From a virus (Duplodnaviria; Caudoviricetes): a stretch of 64,000 nucleotides of DNA. Below, piece after piece: positions 63,880 to 64,000 of this stretch; the first letter of the stretch is position 1, and the number at the start of each line of letters is the position of its first letter. A model generated the notes under the pieces. The model worked only from the letters and a program-made list of their open reading frames with translations. It was not told the DNA's origin and did no database searches. The DNA is taken from the IMG/VR virus record IMGVR_UViG_3300044961_000667. One strand, given 5' to 3'. Made by a program: the position numbers and the translations under genes.

Positions 63880-64000
63880 TCAGTCTCGCTTTCGAGGGGC
63901 CGGTCCAGGGCCGCCCATGCCGGACATGGGAATCCTACTCCTGGTCTGCATGTCCCGTCGCAGCTCTTCCAGCATCTCCGCCTTGTCCACGAGATCGCCG
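63880..64000 (-). CDS. 3' end of an upstream gene (partial)
   Basis: Open frame GDLVDKAEMLEELRRD...RKRD ending TGA just before the endolysin ATG. Confidence 0.5.
   Translation of the reverse strand, partial: GDLVDKAEMLEELRRDMQTRSRIPMSGMGGPGPAPRKRD

Noticed and set aside
1-64000. tRNA, rRNA, integrase/att sites, transposases, stop-codon reassignment
   Set aside because: Intergenic gaps are short and show no such structures; TAA, TAG and TGA all end well-conserved genes at expected lengths

Overview
A 64-kb segment of a large, high-GC (roughly 65% by eye) myovirus-type bacteriophage genome. Every credible gene is on the minus strand. In transcription order (high to low coordinates): endolysin-like peptidoglycan-binding enzyme; replication/recombination module (DnaG-type primase, gp32-like SSB, SF2 helicase, RecA, two resolvases, GroES, Cas4-like exonuclease, bacterial-type SSB); a seven-gene amino-sugar/glycosylation cluster (RarA-lid-like protein, two paralogous GT-B glycosyltransferases, NDP-sugar dehydratase, SAM methyltransferase, DegT/perosamine-synthase-type aminotransferase, ParB-like protein); small terminase and intein-containing large terminase; T4-like head genes (gp20 portal, scaffolds, gp21 protease-scaffold fusion, gp23 capsid); neck; contractile tail with eCIS/P2-like organisation (sheath, two gp19-type tubes, chaperone with -1 frameshift, tape measure, LysM, hub, spike, gp25, gpJ, gpI); fibre genes. 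Main discoveries: (1) a palindrome GCAATCGATTGC in six intergenic sites, placed like a phage late -10 promoter, apparently including one leaderless gene; (2) the ParB/terminase-linked amino-sugar glycosylation cluster, acceptor unknown (DNA or virion protein); (3) a GNAT-like + Zn ribbon + Acb1-like 2H phosphoesterase protein inside the tail operon; (4) an LxxLxE N-terminal motif on many small morphogenesis-region proteins, suggesting capsid-internal cargo; (5) one beta-module inserted in both the major capsid protein and the sheath. All product calls come from motifs recognised by eye, not from database searches. No tRNA, rRNA, CRISPR array, integrase or transposase was seen.
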